NCBI RefSeq assembly: GCF_004010195.1
Contig: NC_057719.1
Coordinates: forward strand, 47,066,719-47,130,718
Direction of reading: 5' to 3'
Length of the DNA: 64,000 bases
From: Chiloscyllium plagiosum
Lineage: Eukaryota
Made by a program: the position numbers and the translations under genes. A model generated the notes under the pieces. That model saw only the letters and a program-made list of their open reading frames with translations, did no database searches and was not told the origin of the DNA. This document shows, piece after piece, positions 1-12,908 of the stretch (position 1 is its first letter; each line of letters opens with the position of its first letter).

Positions 1-460
1 CCATTTTCCAGCCGTCCCTTTACCTGCGAACATCTGCCTCCAATCAGCTTTCGAAAGTTCTTGCCTAATACCGTCAAAATTGGCCTTTCTCCAATTTAGA
101 ACTTCAACTTTTAGATTTGGTCTATCCTTTTCCATCACTATTTTAAAACGAATAGAATTATGGTCACTGACCCCAAAGTGCTTCCCCACTGACACCTCAG
201 TCACCTGCCCTGCCCTATTTCCCAAGAGTAAATCAAGTTTTGCACCTTCTCTAGTAGGTACATACACAAACTAAATCAGAAAATTGTCTTGTACACACTT
301 AAAAAATTCCTCTCCATCTAAACCTTTAACACTATGGCAGTCCCAGTCGATGTCTGGAAAGTTAAAATCCCCTACCGTAACTACCCTATTATTCTTACAG
401 ATAGCTGAGATCTCCTTACAAGTTTGTTTCTCAATCTCCCTCTGACTATTGAGTAATACA
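1..460 (-). mobile_element. CR1-type LINE ORF2 fragment (AP-endonuclease region)
   Basis: Minus ORF 271-525 reads NSQREIEKQTCKEISAICKNNRVVTVGDFNFPDIDW, with the GDFN motif of LINE endonucleases. A closely similar region is at 56520-56720 (+). Confidence 0.9.
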
Positions 461-1215
461 ACTTGATGAACTTCTGCCCATTTTCCATCTGCCTGAATAT
501 GTAATGGTCTCCATTTCCTCATCAAAACATTCTTCTTCTGTGTATGTTTGATAGAACTGCTTTAGTTTTTCATTTTCTGTGGTAATTCAGCTTGCTTCTG
601 TGAACTAAAAATATCCACTTTATCCTCCACCTGTTCCTGTTTGTCTCCAACCGTTTGATCAAATATGGTCTCTGATCATTGAACTTCACTTCCCTATCTT
701 TACCCCTTGGTTTCTTTTCCTACTTCAACCTGTGCTTTGAGACTTTGTTACCACACAGCCAAGAAAAATTCCAGGATATACTTCCTGTAACAACTCAGTT
801 GTCTGACTTTCACTGGCTTTTCAACTACAGTAGCCATCACTCCTACCTGTGATCCAGTTATATCATTACCAAGGATAAATTGTATCTCTGCAACAGAGAA
901 TTTCTCTACTATCCTACCACCACTTCACCACTTTTCATTGGATTCTCCAACTACAATTTATACAATAGAACACAGCTGTTCTCACTATGCTTTCCACATG
1001 TTACCATCTTTTCTATCAATACTCCTTTTAAATTCCATATCTCCTCATCTTTTATCATCAAAGATTCACTTGCTCCCGTACCTCTGAAACTTCGAATTTC
1101 TTCACCTGCTTTACATGAATAAACCTTACCCATGCAAGTAAATTCTTTAAAGAGATCTGGCACTTTCTTCTTAACCAATTCCTGATCAGGTTGTGTATTC
1201 TTTTGCAGCTTTTTT

Positions 1216-1508
1216 GATTAGATTTCCTACAATGGGGAAACAGAACCTTCGGCCCAACAAGTCCACACCGACCCTTCGAAGAGTAACCCACCCAGACCCA
1301 TTTCCCTCTGACTAATGCACCTAACACGATGGGCAATTTAACATGTCCAATTCACTTAACCTGCACATCTTTGGACTGTGGGAGGAAAGCAGAGCACCCG
1401 GAGGAAACCCACATAGATGCAGGGAGAATGTGCAAACTCCACACAGACAGTCACCCGAGGTTGGTGCTGTGAGGCAGCAGTGCTAACCACTGTGCCACCA
1501 TGCCACCC
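1216..1508 (-). mobile_element. HE1-type tRNA-derived SINE, with B-box region deleted
   Basis: Reverse complement has GTGGTTAGCACTGCTGCCTCACAGC, TGTGTGGAGTTTGCACATTCTCCC and the AATCT tail. The GGTTCGATTCC B box seen at 25823-25836 is missing near 1458. Confidence 0.9.
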
Positions 1509-2589
1509 ACTTGTTAGCTTCCACTATACTTTCTTTTACCACTTCAACAAAACTCACTGGCTTATCCTGTTTTCCCACATCCGTCTTCACAGTACTTTTT
1601 CTAAACCACAACAATGTGACTTCATGTGATCTACTTCATTACCGTGAAAGCTCCTGAGCTTTGTTACTTCTCTTTCCCCTTCATGTGTTTCCTTTGTACC
1701 CTGTGGTAAGCTATCTTTACTATCTTCAACCAGATCTCCTTTTTCCTTACCACCTGAGGATTTCACTTTACTCCAATTTTTATGGGTAAGTTTTTAGGAT
1801 GACTATACAGCAATTGTTTCAATATGGTAGCATCCCATAAACATACATTTGGCAAAGGCACATTCAGTAAAATAGATTGTCTCACATGCAATTCTAGCAG
1901 CAGGAAGAGAACCCCAGCTTTCAGCTGTAACAGAGAGAGGAAAAAGAGCTTCCACATTCAGCTTCAAGGCCCCAGCAACTGCTGAAAGCTAAACCTCAAG
2001 GCCTGGCTCTGTGGGAGCTTGATCCCAACCATTCACATTGCTTCTACTGTTCCAACTTTAAAAAATACCCCACAACCCACACGCTGTTTACTTCATTGCT
2101 TTGGACCAGATTGCTGGATACCTCTGTCTCAACCTCTCTTCATTAAAAAAGAACAAAATATATCTCTTAAAACCATAGTATTGTCACAGTGGACAGAATA
2201 AAGGAAAACCCAAAAGGTTTTTTTTAAAATATACAAAGTGCAAGAGAATATCTATGTAAAGGGTGAGGCCCATTAAGGACTGAGGGTGGGCTGAATAACT
2301 TCGTTCTGTGTTGTAAACCATTATGAGTCTACAATATCAAGGTGCCAACTACGAATACTATATTTCCTATCCCAATGCAATAACTGTAGCATCATTCATA
2401 TTTGGAGAATACTTAGGTTTTTTTTCTCTGCATGCCTCCTTTTTTTTTTGTCTATATCCTATAGCAAGCTACTCTCATAGGGTCATGTACATTTTGTTGG
2501 AATGGTTGTCAGCATATTTATAAGAGTAACACAATGTAGATATTTCCTTCCAAATTTCCCTTTTTTCAAGAGAAGTGTATAGTCTTTGC

Positions 2590-2707
2590 TTGGGTCGTGT
2601 GCGGGCAGGTGAGAGTAGATTAGGTTGGGATATCTGGTCGGCATGGACGGGTTAGACTGAAGGGTTTGTTTCCATGCTGTACATCTCTATGACTCTTTGA
2701 CTCTATG
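2590..2707 (+). mobile_element. CR1/HER1 LINE 3' end
   Basis: GGCATGGACGGGTTAGACTGAAGGGTTTGTTTCCATGCTGTA followed by a (GACTCTAT)-like tail. The same terminus occurs at about 18170-18225 (+) and 25935-26000 (-). Confidence 0.8.
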
Positions 2708-4809
2708 GTAGCTTTAAAAAGCAATGCAGCTTAGATAGGGCAACAGATGGAACCCACAATCCAACATTTTATGCCACCAAACAGTTGTGCTGAACTATTA
2801 TGCCATCTTTACTCATGGTTAGGACCTGCATCATCCCTCTCTTCTTTTACAATATCTATTCCCGTTTGACTGAACTTTTAAGTCTAGGTAAATACCACTC
2901 TATAACTCTTTCTGGTTTTTCACCTTTGGTGATATCACGCAGTGTGAATCATGGCTCTTTCCTTAGTTTCTTAATAAAAGTGTCTCATGGGCTTGTTACT
3001 GGATGGTGTGCAAAGCCAATCAAGATAACTCCATCCTTCAAGTTTCTTTATGGGGAATGTCTGACCTCTGCTCTGTGTCATTCCACTGAGCATCAAGAAC
3101 ATGTGAAAAATCATCGTCATAAACCTTTATCCTACTTCCCCATGGTGCCCATGCCAGGTGGTTTCATATTGAGTGATAAATTCAGTGGTCTAAAAAAGAG
3201 AATTGGCCCCAAAAATTTAATAAGGAGTGCTGATAAAAATGGCTTAGTGATGAGTAATGGACCTAGGCTTCATTGAGGAGAGCTAATCCCAAAGGTCTAA
3301 TAAGAAGGCACAGTCCTAATGATTTAATGAGAAGAGATGGCCCAGTAGTTCAACACACAGTGCTGGTACTAAATTTTCAAATCATTCTGCTTCCCTGAAT
3401 TGTTCTACTGCCCTGTTCCTATCATCTTTGTTAAATTATTGTGCTTGTACTCTTCTGCTAAGCACATGTTTAACAATTGGCACATAACTTTTTTTTTACA
3501 GACTGCAGCCTAGTATTGGCATTTACAACATCCGCATATTGGTACACAAAAGCAGTCCATAAGAAGTTGTTATCCATCAGCAGTTAACATTAACCATCAG
3601 AGCCAACAGTAAAATGTTATACAATACTTTGGGGAACAGCATGTGGTAATTTCAGTCATCTTATTATACTGCTCCCCTGTTATAGAATGGGTTTTGGCTT
3701 TCTCCCAAGCACCACATTATAATGAGAGTTTGCTATATATGTCAAAGCATTAAAGAATTATCCACCCCCTGTTTAGAATGATTGAGCATTGGCATTTCTC
3801 AGACATACTTCACTGATGCTGCAATATATACTTCAGCCGTTAAAGCATTGATGTGAAACATGATTATGAGAAGGTCCTGAGAGTCCTACACTGCCTGCTA
3901 TGTTAACTCAGAATTGCAGCTCTTTTCTACTCTCAACAACAGTTTTCAAGTCAGAAAAGGTTTACCTAAGATTGTGTTTCGTCTTAAAAAATGACGAAAA
4001 AATGATCAGATTACTACATCTTTTTTGAACAAAGGATTTTTTGAAAGGTACTATCAGTTACTTTATGATCATGCCCTTCAGTTTATGAAGTGTGATTAAG
4101 AGCATTTTAATAAAGGTCGCACTTACAAATACTCTAAATCCATTTCTTGAACAGAGGTAATTATGCTGCGTTTCTTGCGAGCGTTACACTGTCTCCTTTT
4201 GTACAAGTGTAAATAGTGACATCTGTATGTTCTTGTATCACACAACTTGCTCCTGGCACAGCAGCGCTTAGAACAAGTTTAAAGAGAGTTTGCTCTTGCT
4301 TGCAGAATCAGTAGTTGTTGCATTCATCGGACAATAGAAAATCTGTTTTTTGTCTGTCAAAATGCCAGCCAGATCTTTTAACACCACTAATATTCATCAA
4401 GGTCAATTTTGAGAGACATCTGCCCTTTTTTACATCTGAACCCAGCTATTACATTGTCTTGTGAATTGAAGCTAATTGAGATTTCCAGTTTGAAAGGTAA
4501 AGAATGCTTGGCCGCTATCCAACCAACAACATTATGGTTCAGTACAAATAAAAATCTGCTCACATCCAGAACTTCCAGAGAGTGAGGTGGAATGGTGTAC
4601 CATGTACCTGTGATTATTGATTCAGGGAGCACACATTTTGCTTGATCATTTTGATCATACGGGTGTACAACTAGTACCAACCCTACTTCTCATTGTCTGA
4701 GAGCCTATGGGAAGGTGTCTATGGTACCACTTAAAGACAGCCAGCACCTCTCAAAGGGAATGTGAAGTCTGGCTGCAGATGCCAGGGAAACTCTTTAGGG
4801 AGCAGAAAT

Positions 4810-5000
4810 ATGGTTGAAGGTTGCGCTGATCTGAAATGAGCATTGCGATTCTTGGATGCTTCTTGAGAGATTCTGAATAAGGCAATGGACAGGCAAGAAG
4901 GTTCTGCCTGTAGGGAGCTGTGGGAAAAGATCGCAATGTTTGTGAAAGTTCGGAGTACCCAGGACATGGAAGAGGTTTAATGGCACCACCAAAATTGTGA
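4810..5000 (+). mobile_element. Decayed Myb/SANT-like ORF of a PIF/Harbinger-type transposon
   Basis: Translation K*ALRFLDAS*EIL...RELWEKIAMFV...[frameshift]PRTWKRFN resembles the xPRFSxxxLExL...WxxIA...RTWxQCxKRFNDL Myb/SANT pattern. Stops and a frameshift show it is dead. Confidence 0.55.
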
Positions 5001-5574
5001 ACATTACAATGCTGCTTTCTTACTTCCTGATCACATGACTTGACATTTACCTGAAACAATGTGATAAAAATAATTTGAAAAATCTTTAATATTGCAAATA
5101 AACAGTAAGAACTTCTCATTCCTTTTGTTGTTTAGTTAAAGGCTACATTTTCATGATTGTCTCCTACACATCTTTCACTCAGCCTCCGTTGGGAGGGTGT
5201 TGAGTACCGTCATTGCAGAAAGCGGGAGCTATATTCCATTATAATTTGCTGAGTTTAAACATGCTCAACAATGGGGCTTTCATTTTTATGTTGAAATTTT
5301 CTACTAATGCTTCCAATTCTGTTATCATTCCATTCCCATGCTGCTGCCTCTGATTAATCTTCTCTCCCTCTTGTTACCGTTTAGCTCTGATTTTCCCAGT
5401 CACTCCATCTAACTTCCTGCACATTTAATTTGTTGACTTGTAGTCCCATTTTGGGCCTTGCTTCATGTCACCATCAGCCTCGATCCCTTGCACCCTGTCC
5501 AAAAGGTCTCTGCTTTACAAACTAATCAATATTAAAACTGAGGAAAGATTCTTCTGAGATGGAGAGACACAAAT

Positions 5575-7260
5575 CTCCTTAATACACAAGAATTGGGAGC
5601 ACAGTTGGGCCATTTAGCCTGCTCAAACATTTGATAACATCTGGGTGGTCTGCTTATGACCTCAACTCAACTTTCCTGTCTGCACTCCTCACCACCATCC
5701 ACCACCCCTCCCCAACAATGCTTGACTCCTTTATCAGCAAAATATATGTCCAACTCAGCCTTGAATAGATCCAAAAACACAGCCTGCACTGCTATCTGGA
5801 GAAAAGAATTCCACAAACTAAAGATCCTGCAAAAAATACCACTACATTTTGTCTTAAAGACAAATAATGTTTAAACTGTGTCTCCTAGTTCTGGATGGCC
5901 CCACAAGAGGAAAACACCCTCAGCATCCACCTTGTCAATTCCCCTCAGAATATTGTATGTTGCAATTGATTACCTCTTATTCTTCTAGCTGCAATGGATC
6001 GGCTCAAAGATTCTTCTAACACAATACTTTCATCCCAGGATTCAGTTGAGTTAATCATCTCTGAACTACTTCTGTTGCATTATTGCAACTTCTAAAATAA
6101 GGACCAAAATTATCAATGTCCTAAATGTAGCCTAAGACACTAACAGGAATTCCCTCCTTTCATACTTGTCTCTGGGGAAATGCTCAGTAATATTCGATTT
6201 GCCTTCCTAAATACATGCTGCCCCAACATATCATCATGTCGTGATTCATATACCAGGACACCCAGATCTCTCTATACTATGGAAGTTAGCAGTCTCTCTA
6301 CATTTAAGTAATGTATCATTCTTCCTGTGGACAAGTTCCCATTTTCCCACATAATACACCATCTGAAAGGTTTTGCCCATTCACTGAGCCCTATTCAAAT
6401 ACCTCTGTGGACTCTTCCTCTTGATATCTTCTCTTCCCAAATCTTTGTTTCATCAGTAAATTATCATGCATCTGGGCTCTTTATCTAAGTCATTGATGTA
6501 GATTGAATATAATTGAAGCTCTGATCCCTGTAGAAGGGCACTAGTTACAGCTTGACAACCCAAAAATGACCCATTTATCGCTTCCTGTTGGCTAACCAAT
6601 GTAAAATGTGTTACATATATAACACACACTCTTATTTTGTGTGGTCATTGTAATACCTTACCAAATGCCTTTTGGAAATCTATCTACATCTGCAGGCTTC
6701 CCTTTCTTCAACTTGCTTGTAACTTCCTTAAAGAGCTCTCATACATAGGGTGGCTCAGTGGTTAGCACTGCTGCCTCACAGCACCAGGGTCCCAGGTTTG
6801 ATTCCAGCCTCAGGCAACTGTCTGTGTGGAATTTGCACATTCTCCCCGTGTCTGCGTGGGTTTGCTCCAGTTTCCTCCCACAATCCAAAGATGTGCAGTT
6901 TGGTGAATTGTCCATGGTGTTATGTGCATTAGTCACATAGGGGGATGGGTTACTCTTCAGAGGGTCGGTGTGAACTTGTTGGGCCAAATGGCCTGTTTCC
7001 ACACTGTAGGGAATCTAATCTAAATTAGTCAGACATAATTTTTCTTTTACAAAACCATGTTGACGTCATCTAATTGTATTATGATTTTCTAAATATCTGC
7101 AATTATCTCAGATCAGCTATGATCATATTGAGTTGTGAAGGAGGCTCAAGGGGCTGAACTGTCTATTCCTGTTCCTATTTTTTATGGTCTTATCTCCTGA
7201 ATAATAGATTTTATCATTTTCCCTATGACAAATGTTAGGCCAATTGGGCTATATTCTACT
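5575..7260 (-). mobile_element. Old CR1-type LINE (RT to 3' end), interrupted by a SINE
   Basis: Reverse-complement RT motif remnants (e.g. DFQKAFGKV near 6655-6685) and a 3'-UTR-like start at about 5580. The LINE sequence resumes after the SINE (AAATTAGTCAGACAT...AAAACCATGTTGAC). Confidence 0.7.
6747..7023 (+). mobile_element. HE1-type SINE
   Basis: A box TGGCTCAGTGGTTAG, B box GGTTTGATTCC, central domain and tail CCTGTTTCCACACTGTAGGGAATCTAATCTAA. Confidence 0.95.
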
Positions 7261-8120
7261 ACCATAAGACCATAACAAATAGGTATTGGAGAAGGCCGTT
7301 CAGTCCCTTGAACCTTCGACAACATTCAATAGGATCTTGCCTGACCCGACAATCCTCATGTCCACCTAGCTGTGATCCCCTACTGATAAAGAATCAACCT
7401 GGCTCAGCCTTAAATATACACAAGGACTCTGCCACCACAGCTCTCTGTGGCAAGGAGTTCCAAAGACCCAGAAATCTCTGAGATAAAAAAATTCCTTAAA
7501 TTGTCACCCCTTTATTCTGAGACTATGCCCTCTGGTCTTAGACTTTCCCTGTCAAGCCCCTTAACAATCCTATATGTTTCTGTGAGATCACCACTCATTC
7601 TTCTAAACTCCAATGGGTAAAGTCCCAACCTGTTCAGCCTTTGCTCATAAGACAATCTCTCCCTTTGAGGGATCATCCTAGTGAACCTTCTCTGAACTAT
7701 GTCCAATGAAATGATACCTTTCCTGAATTAAGGGGACCAAAACTGTTCATAGTACTCCAGATGTGGTCTGACCAGCACCTTGTACAGTTGCAATAAGACT
7801 TTCCTATTCTTATATTCCAAGCTCCAACATTCTATTAGCTTTCCTGATTACTTGCTGCACCTGTGTGCTAGCTCTCTGTGTTTCCTGCACAACTATCCCC
7901 AAGTTCACTCATGTTGCAAATTCCTGCAGTTTTTTTTTTCCATTTCAATTATACTCTGTTCTTTTGTTCTCTCTTCAAAGATGGATCACATCTTCCCACT
8001 TTATACTCCATTTGCCAATTTGTTCCCCACTTACTTAACCTATCAATATTTCTCTGTAAACTGTTTGTATCCCTCTCGCAATTTGTCTACCCACTTGGTT
8101 TCATGTTGTCTGCAAGTTTT
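7261..8120 (-). mobile_element. CR1-type LINE 3' fragment
   Basis: ORF 7512-7706 (VQRRFTRMIP...LSYEQRLNRLGLYPLEFRRMSGDLTETYRIVKGLD) is the CR1 ORF2 C-terminus. The tail appears as ACCATAAGACCATAA on the + strand. Confidence 0.9.
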
Positions 8121-8194
8121 TTGATTGGATTAGATTAGATTTGGCTCAAGTACTTTCACATCTTTTCTCATAGCTACAGGGATCAGTGCTAGGT

Positions 8195-8316
8195 AAGGGC
8201 TTTTGCCCGAAACGTCGATTTTGAAGCTCCTTGGATCCTGCCTGAACTGCTGTGCTCTTCCAGCACCACTAATCCAGAATCTGGTTTCCAGCATCTGCAG
8301 TCATTGTTTTTACCTC
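8195..8316 (+). mobile_element. Penelope-like short repeat (family A), 5'-truncated inside the hammerhead-like motif
   Basis: AAGGGCTTTTGCCCGAAACGTCGAT...CTGCCTGAACTGCTGTGCTCTTCCAGCACCAC...CAGCATCTGCAGTC. Homologous copies are at 18434, 27331, 60934 and 62666. Confidence 0.75.
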
Positions 8317-9804
8317 AATTATATTCAATCTACATCAATGACTTAGATGAAGAGACCAGATACATGATAATTTACTGATGAAACAAAAGATTTGGGATGA
8401 GAAGATATCAAGAGGAAAAATCCACATGGGTATTTGAATAGGCTCAGTGAATGGGCAAAACCTTTTAAAATGCTTTTAAAATTCATGTTAAGATCATCAG
8501 CCACTAGGGACTTGTTCATCATTATTTGTTCATCGTGGAGGAACAGAAACATGGTGAGTCTTCACAAAGTTTATTGACAAGTATACTCTGTCATTTAGTT
8601 CATTCATTGTCTGCATTTAAAAATATGTACAGGCAAAACGCGTAAGGATGCTTTTTGTTTTTACAGTTTTTTTTTGCTCTTTCTGTTTTGCGAGACTTCC
8701 ACTTGCCAAATTCCATTTAGCATTCAGAGAGATAGCCACTGTAGGGGAGGGCATACTGGTTGTGTGAGCAATAATCTTCCATAGTCTTAGAACAAAGATG
8801 CCAGATAAAAGTGACGTCCGGTTTAAAATTTCACAGATTACTGCAGACAACTTGTCCCTGAATTCATTTCATGACAAAACAGTGTGATTTTGAGTGTGAA
8901 CACAAATGCTAAATGTTGATGAAAAGAGCTGAATTAAGTGCATTTAAAGGTGTAGTGCTGCCACAGAAGTGCTGAGAATGCAAAATCTCTAACACTTTTG
9001 GCTGGAGTGCAGCCAGTGGGCTGGAAAATAGACAGTGTGAATCCCACTCACCCTGTTCCAGGTCAATATTGTGGAAATATCAGGGCCTCTGTATGTCAGA
9101 ATTCTCACAGAAAACGATGCATCTTCTGAGGTTCACAGACCATGGTGCCTAAACTTACCCATCTCCTCAATGGAAATTGTAGGGTTCATTTGTGGGCATA
9201 GTCATAACTACAATTATACCTTATAAGGCCAGGTCATTACCTGAACACAAACAGGGACAGAGTAATGCAATATTTTTAGTTGACTGTGCTTCCTTTCGAA
9301 GATGTCTAATTCAGACTGTGTCATGGAAAGCCATGACAATATTTGCTCCAACTTGAACAGCAATGAAAATCCTGTTGCATCTTAAGTAAGATGAGCACAC
9401 TAGATGCACCTATACACAGGCAGGTGCCTAGTGCCTATTGTCAAATGAGGTCATACACTCAGTCGTTATGCACCAAAGATCACTGCGGGCAATGTTTCAC
9501 TCCAGTCCAGCCACACAGCAGCCTGGATAGTACCACAGTACCTTCTTCCATGCTAACTACTGCCATGGCCACATAAGTACATTTAATGCATTGCTAAAAC
9601 TGGCCACACACAATCACAACATTTTAAAGTGAACATGGCTAGTAGGTCATCACTGCTGGGATTACATCTTTATGATATTTCTTGTCGAAGATGTCCAACA
9701 TTAACTTGTCTGTAGTTCACTGTAAAGATGCCAGTCACAGGGTGAGTTCAGCATTTGATCCAGCATTGTCTGTTTTTCTTTTGGAAACTGTCAAAGAACC
9801 AACT

Positions 9805-10040
9805 TTATTTTTTCTCTCCATGGATGCTACCAGACCTGCTGAGTTTCTCAGTTTCTTTTGTTCTGTTCTTTTTTAAACAAGTATTTCCCTCCCTCCCATT
9901 CTGTACTGTGAATGTTAGAAATCCAAAATAAAAAGGAAAAATTCTGGAAACACCCAACAGGTCAAGCAGCATCTAAAAAACGTTAGCATTTCGGGTCTGT
10001 GATCTTTCATCTGATGAAAGGTCACAGGCATAAAGCATTT
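9805..10040. mobile_element. Older Penelope-like repeat fragments (family C), including a fold-back palindrome
   Basis: GATGCTACCAGACCTGCTGAGTTTC on + and its inverse at about 9940-9975. A palindrome with 15-bp arms at 9997-10027 is centred on TTCATCTGATGAA. Confidence 0.6.
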
Positions 10041-12803
10041 ACATACATCTGTAAACATGCTTTAAGATTAATTATCACCATGCCTTGACTATGTATGTTT
10101 TAGTGATACTCCAATGTCAGGCATAAGTATATGAGATCTGTGCTGGTCTTTATCAGCCTCGGTAACTGAATTAGCTGTAACTTCTGGTATAAATATAACG
10201 CTCTTTTGGATACCAGCATAAACTGGATTTGATAAGGTGCAGTGAGTATTAGGAAACATTATGTCATTCTCAGCACTTACAGAGATGTTTACACCTCCAA
10301 AAAAGTTATCTATGTGATAGCTGTTATCATTACTTCAGCAGCATAAGTGTGCAAGTTCCAGAGGATCAAGTGGCTCTCAGAATATTGTTATGCCTGCATG
10401 ATAAGCAAGCGTCAGAAATTAGTTATCTATTCAGAAGTGACAGTTGTGTTTATCATGAGTACCACAACTTATATCAGAGTTGCAATCAGAAGAGGTTGTG
10501 TTTTGCAACTGGAAGGAACCAAAACTTTTGCAAAGGAAACTTCAATATTACACTATTGAAACTCAAGCAGTCAATCCCTTCTCTTTGGCAAGACGCCATT
10601 ACATGGTTTGAATGTGTAATCTTCGAGAAAATGTATAATAACAAGGAAAATGTCGAGGTATTTTCTTGAAATATCATTTGTAAAGACCTAATTTATAACA
10701 ATGATTATTTGTGTTCCAGACTCTTGGCATGTAAAGTTAACAAGAACTTGTTGTTCTTTTGCCAGCCCAGTTAATCAACAGGGCCTTGTGTAGACCATAG
10801 CTGACACAGTCTATACAACAATGCAAGCCTTTACAACCCAACAGTGCCATTAAGATAGTGGAGCAGCCTGCTATTTAATCTGTCATTGTTCTTACTGACA
10901 GATATTGTTGCTGTCACTGCACCACATCAAAACATTTTTGCTATCAGATTATATAGCTCAGTACTATGCTTGATTGCTTTGTCGTCTGACAATGCTAGCT
11001 ACTTTGGTAAAACTATGCTAAAAGCTCTTTGCGAGTGCCCTGATAGAACTAGTCTGCTTCCAGAAATGGCAGGATGGGTATACACACAGTAGATTACAAT
11101 TAGTGGCACAGGATTAGATATAGCATACATCATAAGTAAAACTCCTCTTGTCACCTGGAAAAAAACATTAACTCTTCTGCTTAGAGTACTTCTGAGTCTG
11201 CAGTGGCCAGACCACTCAGCTTTAAGAGGTTGGCCCGAAAGCCAATCGCCAGAAAACGACGTTTTGACATTTCTTGATGAGATACAGAGTAACTTCATGT
11301 GTTTAGCATTCCATACACCCTTTGTTAAAGGTTCTATAGATCTTTTCAAACTCCCACAAAAAGATTTATAACTATCAGCATAAGTGCCTGTGGGGGTTAT
11401 ACTTCAGGGAGGAACTTTAGGGCCATTGTGCTACAGCACACCTGCAGATCCTGTATACAGGGAGGTATTGGCCATAAAATGAAAGCTACTTGACATAAAT
11501 GTCCTTTCTCTACATCTTTGAAAACAGTTTAGTTTGTAATTGAAGTTCCAGAACCTTACAAAAGAGATAGTATCCCAACGGTTGTCCTAGGCAACCAGTA
11601 AATAACAAATATCAATGATATTTCAGCCTTGTCATCACTGTTTTGCTAAATGAACTAAAGCAAAATGGTAAATCTAGAAGACACTGCCAAGCACCCCAAA
11701 GAAATAATATATTAAAACAATTTAACTAGATGTTTAGAGAACAAATGTGCATTTTTTAAAAGCAAACATGTCTGGGGTGGCGCATTAATTCGATCACTAA
11801 ATCATTGAACTCTCAGATACAAGAACTGCAGTTGAGTTCCAGACTTGCCTAATGGAATAGTTAATAGGTACCAAATCAGAGCTGCTCCAAATAACTTTTT
11901 TATTTAACTGCAGAAAGAGTCAAGGTGTTTCGAGTGTTCGCTAAACTTGAAGGCATGGGGTATCAGAGTATCAGTTAAAACAGCCCAGTTTCTGTCTATT
12001 ACAGATCTCATCTAAATCCCCTATGGGCAAACTCATGGTTGTTAAAACTCCTAGTTGAGACCTGCAGAAACCTTATGAATTTGTGCTAATCGGGGTCTTG
12101 CAGTGGCATAAAGACACCAATATGGTTTGTCAGTCTTACTGATTGACTAATAATATAACTTACTGCATCTCATATTTTAGATTAAAAACAATCAGCTAAT
12201 TAGTTATCATTGTGAAATAAAGTTAGATTGAGTTTGATTATCTGGTCATTTGGCTTACTGCACTCACGTCTTGGTGTTGACTGTGCTCAGATCGGCTGCC
12301 GCCTTTCCCAGGCAGTCGGTAAATCTCAAAGACAGGAACTGACCATGTGGTGCAATTATTCCCAGGAAATAATTGTGAAGGTGAAAGAGAAAACATAAGG
12401 TAGGTACTACAACAGTAACATGCAACATACAATGCTAATGCTTTTTCTTACACTGATGGTGGACCCTTCCATAGCGGTGAGTGTCTGTCCAGAGACAAAA
12501 TCTCCTTCTGTACTGGTTACCTGCATCTTGCTATGTGCTAGTTTCTCCTGCAAGAATGGAGGCAGTGACATATGTTCATCAGATAAAAGCTTTAGTACTT
12601 TCCCATGTATGTGCAAGATTTTGAGTGATAACACAAAAGTGCAGCAGTAGGGATCTAGTGCAGATACATGAGGGTGAGTAAAGGCTTTCGATAGTGCAAG
12701 CCAAAAAAGGTGGAGTGAAGTCTTTTCATCAGACTCTTGGCAACAAGGGTTCATCTCATTTTGTAAACTTGGTCCAAACAGGGTGCCTCACCATGCTAGG
12801 ACT

Positions 12804-12908
12804 TCTGTGTGGAGTTTGCACAGTCTCCCCGTGTCAGCATGGGTTCCCTCCAGGTGCTCTGGTTTCCTCCCACAGTTCAAAAATGTGCAGGCCATGCTAA
12901 ATTGTCCC
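12804..12908 (+). mobile_element. HE1-type SINE internal fragment
   Basis: CTGTGTGGAGTTTGCACAGTCTCCCCGTGTC...GGTTTCCTCCCACAGTTCAAAAATGTGCAGG. Confidence 0.85.

Noticed and set aside
2800..3276. 158-aa plus-strand ORF
   Set aside because: No recognisable domain, no flanking splice signals noticed, and composition typical of a chance ORF.
4137..4345. Minus-strand donor TTT|GTAAGT at about 4137 suggesting an exon
   Set aside because: The best upstream acceptors give stops in all frames, and the one open option has a poor acceptor and no recognisable peptide. It may be a non-coding constrained element.
4387..4680. 97-aa minus-strand ORF that looks globular
   Set aside because: It is bounded by stops, has a non-ATG start and no family I recognise, and it adjoins a decayed transposon remnant.
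6747..6810. tRNA genes suggested by A/B boxes (also 23232, 25880, 33660, 36127, 40197)
   Set aside because: Each continues directly into the SINE body and LINE-like tail, so these are tRNA-derived SINE heads.
6750..6940. Recurrent short ORFs MAQWLALLPHS... / MVSTAASQ...
   Set aside because: These are translations of HE1 SINE copies, not a peptide gene family.
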